Source of the DNA: Stylophora pistillata
Taxonomy: Eukaryota
Direction of reading: 5' to 3'
DNA length: 64,000 bases
NCBI RefSeq assembly: GCF_002571385.2
Contig: NW_019217908.1
Location: forward strand, 444,803 to 508,802
Below are positions 58,856 through 64,000 of this stretch, piece after piece. The notes under the pieces are model-generated. The model was given only the letters and a program-made list of their open reading frames with translations. It was not told the origin of the DNA and did not search any database. The position numbers and the translations under genes are program-made. Within the stretch, counting starts at the first letter, position 1, and every line of letters starts with the position of its first letter.

Positions 58856-61800
58856 TTAAAACACATCTTGGTGTCTCCTGATGGGTTGTAAATTTCCAGC
58901 CTTTCGCGTGGGTTCAAGACTCGTTGCTCCTTTCTGGAATGAAGAACTAGAAGATCCTTTTGAAAAGCCTTCATCGTACGAAAATAATTCTGAAAATAGT
59001 AAAAAAAAAGATTTATTATTTGCAGGAGAGGCTAAATAAAGAATATATGAAACACACTGGTGATTTTCCACCGCCTCACTGTCTGATTGACTGAATAAAT
59101 GTCCAGCTGGATGATTCACTGACCACACGCGCGGGCTAATCAACTGAGCGACTGACTAACTGAGCGACCGACTGCCTGACTATCCCCCCCTGAATCACAG
59201 TTTGGCCACCTGACTGACTCATCGTCTACTGACAGTCTGACTGACTGACCCGCTGAAACCAACTGACTGACTCTGCGATCGACTTAACTGATTGAGTGAC
59301 TAACTGGACGACGGACGGGCGGAAGATGGACTGATTTAATCACAAGTACAAACAAAGCGAATCTCACCTTCCGATCTGCTGGCCGATAAGGACTGGGAAC
59401 CAAGACCGGAATCAAACCCTGAGTCTTGCCGCCCATCGAGTATCTCGAGTACATCTCCTCTGCGCATGTCGTAAAGAACCTGCCGTAGAGTTTTGATGTT
59501 GCCATCAGCAGCCTGGGGAGAGAAGAACAAACCAAAAAGATTGATCACCTTTGATGGCTGTACTTCACATTTCATGACATAATAGTAGAACTCTCGCAAT
59601 TTTGAGCTAAGCGAGCCAGCATCCTTTACACTTATCAAACGCCCAACCCACCGAGGCACAAGGTGGTTTAGAGCGGCGAGCTCAAAATAACAAACTTGCT
59701 TTCTGCGGTTAAGTACAGTCGCCAATACAAAACATCCAATACATCGAGCTCGATAAAGTTCACTAACCAACATATTGTTCCCTAGCTGAGCTCGTAAAGA
59801 TTTTTTTGAAAACATTACTTTCGTTTCCCAGACTTGATGCCACGACGCAAATCACATGGCCCGAGCAGGAACCCTATCAAGCCATGAAGCAGTCCTGTGA
59901 CGAACAACAAGTAACGACAACGCAATTTGTCCGAACAAAAAGGCTTGAAAATTCTCAAAACGCACCCAGAACAATTCAGTCGGCTCTAGAAATTGATTAA
60001 CGTGAACTTCAGTGATCATGCACAGATCTCCCCCAGCAATCAAGCAGTTGCTCAAGCTAGCAGAAGCTCCATCCCACTTCCCTTTCTTCAGGACTTCATC
60101 TATATTCCATAGTTTTTCTAGGTCTTGGAAATTGGTTTGCAAATTTCCTTCCTTTTTCAAGAACTCAATACTCTGCTTAATGTCACAATTGAAGCTCTTT
60201 TATTCTGAAGCAAGCCTCTCTTCCCTAATCGACAATAAAGTGAGGATTTCCTGTACGTTTTTACGCATGCTCACCTCATATTGAGCCAACACCTGTGTAG
60301 TTGGACTTGAGTGAATTGCGAACGCATTCTCCAATGTCCCTAGTCCCAGTCTCCTTCCCAATTCACGCCAGTCCGCTCCACCTCCAGTGGTGGGATCTAG
60401 TTTTTGAGCCATTTTTCGTCTGACGTAAGGATCCAGTTTATCCATATCACCTGTTGAAGGGTTAAAAAAAAAATGAGCAAGTTTAATCCTTCGCCCTTTA
60501 CACCTTAACATTAGTAAATTTTAAGCTCTTCGACATGAAAGTCGCAAACTCCGATGGCTTCAGTATGTACTATAATATCCTTACTCGACCGAACGCAAGT
60601 CTATTCTAATTCTTTCTTGCAATTTGCCTTTTGCCGCAAACCCTCTCGCTGCTCAGTTACCTGAAGATTTTAAGTAAATTTTAAAAGCTCTTAGACATGA
60701 AAGTCGCAACCCCTGATGGCTTCAGAATGTAACATAATATCGTACCTTGTCCGAGCGCAAGGCCAGTTAATCCACGTGTTAAATCTAGAAGCAAAGAAAG
60801 AGAAACTTAATAGTTGAAGTCACCACATAAAGCCGTAATTTTTTGGACAAGAGGAAAGACCTGTGTCTGCACTACGTCAGCTATATGTCAGCGCTGCCCA
60901 GGAAACCTTTCTCGTGTACCTTTATCTGCATTTTACTCAATGCAAGATTTAAAGGCAAAAAAACTCACCATCGTCTTGGGAAGGATCCGTACTTAGTGTT
61001 TCATCGTCATCCAGGATTTCCTGAACCTAGAAGGACACCAAGCGTTCAGGCATTAATGTGAGCTAGGCTTAGAAAGAGCCAGATATACTTTCTTTCGAGA
61101 GTCGTTTTTTTCTTAACCTTACTCCGTGAAAGGGCAAAATATGGAGAGTAAAAACTTGGGCGAAAACTGCTTCTTAAGAGACTTACCTCAGCTACATTTG
61201 CCAAGTCAAAAGGTATTTCGTCGTCGCTGTTCTGTACTGTTGTATCAGCCCCAGCGGCAACTAACAGCGCTGTCTGGCCCTTGAGCCCACTGGCTGCAGC
61301 AACGTGCAGCGGTGTGTTTCCATCGAGTGTAACAGCGTCGACGTCACAGTTTGCCTGATGAGAATGTAAGACATTAATTATATGTTTATAAAAATCCTTG
61401 CCATCAAAACTAATTTTGGTACGCGAAAGGAGCCTAAGACCTCATACGTCAAAGACGTAAAACCAAAATCAACGTAATCAAGAAACCAATCAAAACGATG
61501 GTAATATCTTAAGCAACCAATCAGAGTCACACTAAATGGATTTTCGCGGCCTGAAGCGCGGAAAAAATACGAGTGAGGACGTCGCGATTGGTTTTTGCTT
61601 TGCAACTGATTGACTGAAAGGGTGGCGCAAGTTTACTGGAAAAATCGGGCAGTAGAGTGAATCTAACGTATCTACTGAAAATCCATAATGTGTTTCATTA
61701 CTCGATTGTAAAAAGGCCCAAGATGATAAGGACCTGATCATGTTGTTTACCTCAAGAATGAGAAATCCAGCCACGGCCAGATTGTCTTGTTCAACTGCAT

Positions 61801-63643
61801 GATGAAGTGGTGTCTTACCACTAGTGCCATCCTAAACAGTGACAAAATAAATTATTGCTAAGATTACAAAGGATAAATACTTATCTTCCCAAACAAAAAC
61901 TTGCCATTTTCAATGGACTTGCTAAAAAAACAGATGCCGCCATTCTTATGACAATGAAATCCCTAAGCAACAAATATCATTAACTTGAGATTTTTAGGAA
62001 TTTTTCTCGCGGTTGATTGTGGAACCAAGTTGTTTAACATAAGAAAGCTGAAAGTGATAAAATACCTGAGCGCTCATGTTGGCTCCTGCAGAATTCAGCA
62101 GTTTAAGGACGTCTTTACTGCCCGCTAACACTGCTAGATGCACTGGCGTTAGGCCTGAAAACAGTTTAACTCATTAGTAATTTAAATGTAATCCTTTACT
62201 AACCTACCCTTGTTCTAGGGATTATCTCATTCGAAAAAGGGGACGCAAATCACGTATTCAAAACAGAAAGCGCGAAGCAAGATAAGTCATGACCAACACT
62301 AAGAAACTTGAGGCGTGAGTAGTCCAGTGGTCAGTGCGCTGGACTCTGGGTTAAACGGCCCGGGTTCAAGTTCTGGCTGGGGCTTAACGTTGAGTCCTTA
62401 AGCAAGACACTTCACTCACATTGTTTCGTCTTCTCGGATAGGACGTAAAGCCGGAGGTCCCGTCTCTTAAAGGGTAAGGGGTAAAAGACGTTAATTTCCC
62501 ACGCACGAGATTACTGTGTGCTGGATGTCCTTCCCTGGGGTGGGTTGGGTAGGAAAACAGCAGGTCCACATCAGGTCTACATCAGCTTATACAGTTGCCA
62601 ATAAATTCAACCTGCTTGAACAAATAAACATGATGATGATGATGATGAGATCCCCTACGTCTTCCAATAAGCCTTAGATAAAACTGATTCTTTGGTCAAT
62701 TCTCACCTTGGTAATTCTGCCAGTTAAGAACAGTTTTTGACACATTATAGTTCAACATTGCTTTCAGACAGACAGCATCTCCGTGCATGCATGCAATGTG
62801 CACAGCGGTGTTTCCATGACGATCACGTGATCTAGCATTTGCCCTGGCTCTTAACAGGCAGTCCAACATGCGCGGTTGCTTAGTGATAGCGGCGAGATGA
62901 AGAGGGGTCTGTGAAAAAAGAACAAGTAGAGATCTCAAATAGGGAACCATGAACAACCTACAAAATCAAGCTGCCAGCAATTGAACTCATCTTTCGAGGA
63001 GGACGTAACAGAGCAGAGAAAGAGACAAAACTGGTATGGAAAGTTATACGAAGTATGCAGAGGATATGGAAATCGAATCTACCAGGGAGCTCAAAATGAG
63101 GATACTTGCATTTTGCAATAGTCATGGAGTACGAATCTACTCCTTTTATCCCCTGAAAGGTTCACTAGACCAATTTGTTCTCCATAACTCAAAAATCATG
63201 TCAGTTGGAAAGAGTATATGACTGGAGAAAGTTGATTAAAACAAATTCAGATCACTACTTAAGGATGACGCAATATGACTCACTTGTCTCAGGAAATTGT
63301 ATTCACTGACAAATGACTCTGGCAGGCCAGCCATGATATCTAACAAACACTGGACAACTTCTTGGCGAGCATTTAACACAGCAAGGTGAAGGGATCTGTA
63401 ACAAAGACGACAACACGGTCAAATGTCAGTAGATATGCTGGAAATGAACTGTGGTACTCGAAACTTTGTTATTATTTCTCAGCCTTTTGATAAGTGATCG
63501 TACGTACGTGTCACCATTGTCATCTTGCACAGCGGTTAAATCCCTCTGAACAGCAAGTAAATACCGCACGTCACCAGTGGCAGCAAAATCGCGCATGGCA
63601 GCTGATGATTTCTCGGCAAGATTCCATGCTAATTCTCTGAGAT
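58856..63643 (-). CDS. NF-kB p105/p100-like protein, C-terminal half (ankyrin repeats, death domain, IKK-type serine cluster); 5' part outside the window
   Basis: Exons 63643-63508, 63395-63284, 62908-62707, 62154-62066, 61831-61751, 61354-61187, 61026-60969, 60784-60746, 60450-60275, 59512-59368, 58989-58856, all in frame. [34 protein letters not shown] closely resembles the p105 pre-ankyrin segment; TPLH repeats; death domain DWRELGRRLGL; DSGFDSGLGSQS. Confidence 0.92.
59085..59335. repeat. Degenerate (GACT)n microsatellite region in the last NF-kB intron
   Basis: Many GACT/GACG units. Confidence 0.7.
62311..62648 (+). mobile_element. tRNA-derived SINE with (GAT)n tail
   Basis: A box TAGTCCAGTGG, B box GGTTCAAGTTC, GCAAGACACTT core, AATAAACA then (TGA)n. 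Confidence 0.8.
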
Positions 63644-64000
63644 CTGTAGTAACAGCAGCAAGAAGTTAGAATAACAAAGACGATACATCTGCGTAAAAGC
63701 TTGGTTATCAAGTAACCAAAGTTGTTATTTTGAGTACCTTTGGGGGAATGTCACCCCAAATCTTCAGACGTTTTGCTCACATTCTCTACAACTAAGCTAC
63801 AAAGACCTCTGGCGAGCTAAGCCATATACAGAGTACTTAGGTTCAAACGTGTCAAACTCCCATCATACAGCAAAGATCAGTAAACCACGTACACAGCCAA
63901 GCTCATCAATGACTTCTCCGCACCTCAGCAGTAGAGACTTGAATATCAAGATCTAGACGCCTTGGGCCCCATTCGGTGAATAAGACTTAGATTTTTTTCT

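Noticed and set aside
62311-62385. tRNA-like sequences (also ~12235-12290, ~24000-24065, ~31040-31090)
   Set aside because: No complete cloverleaf; they continue into SINE bodies or are decayed heads.

Overview
AT-rich, intron-containing animal DNA with several N gaps; gene content and repeat families suggest a stony coral or other anthozoan (inference). Order: repeat-rich upstream region with a deleted Harbinger element; complete PTEN (+, 7734/8171-17568); 3' part of a UBC12/UBE2M-like E2 (-); group XII secretory PLA2 (+); COX18 (-) with a 432-aa antisense ORF nested in intron 3; a tandemly duplicated rhodopsin-class GPCR block (intact, diverged, partial and pseudogene copies, with LINE and Penelope insertions); and the ankyrin/death-domain half of an NF-kB p105/p100-like gene (-) running off the right edge. 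Best candidates for novelty: (1) PTEN has two duplicated first coding exons, each ending in a minor-spliceosome (U12) donor and sharing one U12 acceptor, giving two different PIP2-binding N-termini; (2) a 9x heptapeptide repeat in the PTEN regulatory tail; (3) a 34-bp palindrome with 7-bp target duplication resembling a P-element excision footprint, with its empty site visible in the paralogous copy; (4) GPCR paralogues diverged mainly on the G-protein-facing surface; (5) a catalytic Asp-to-Tyr change in the PLA2; (6) a minimal hammerhead ribozyme in a Penelope remnant. Exon boundaries were read by eye and are not confirmed by transcripts.
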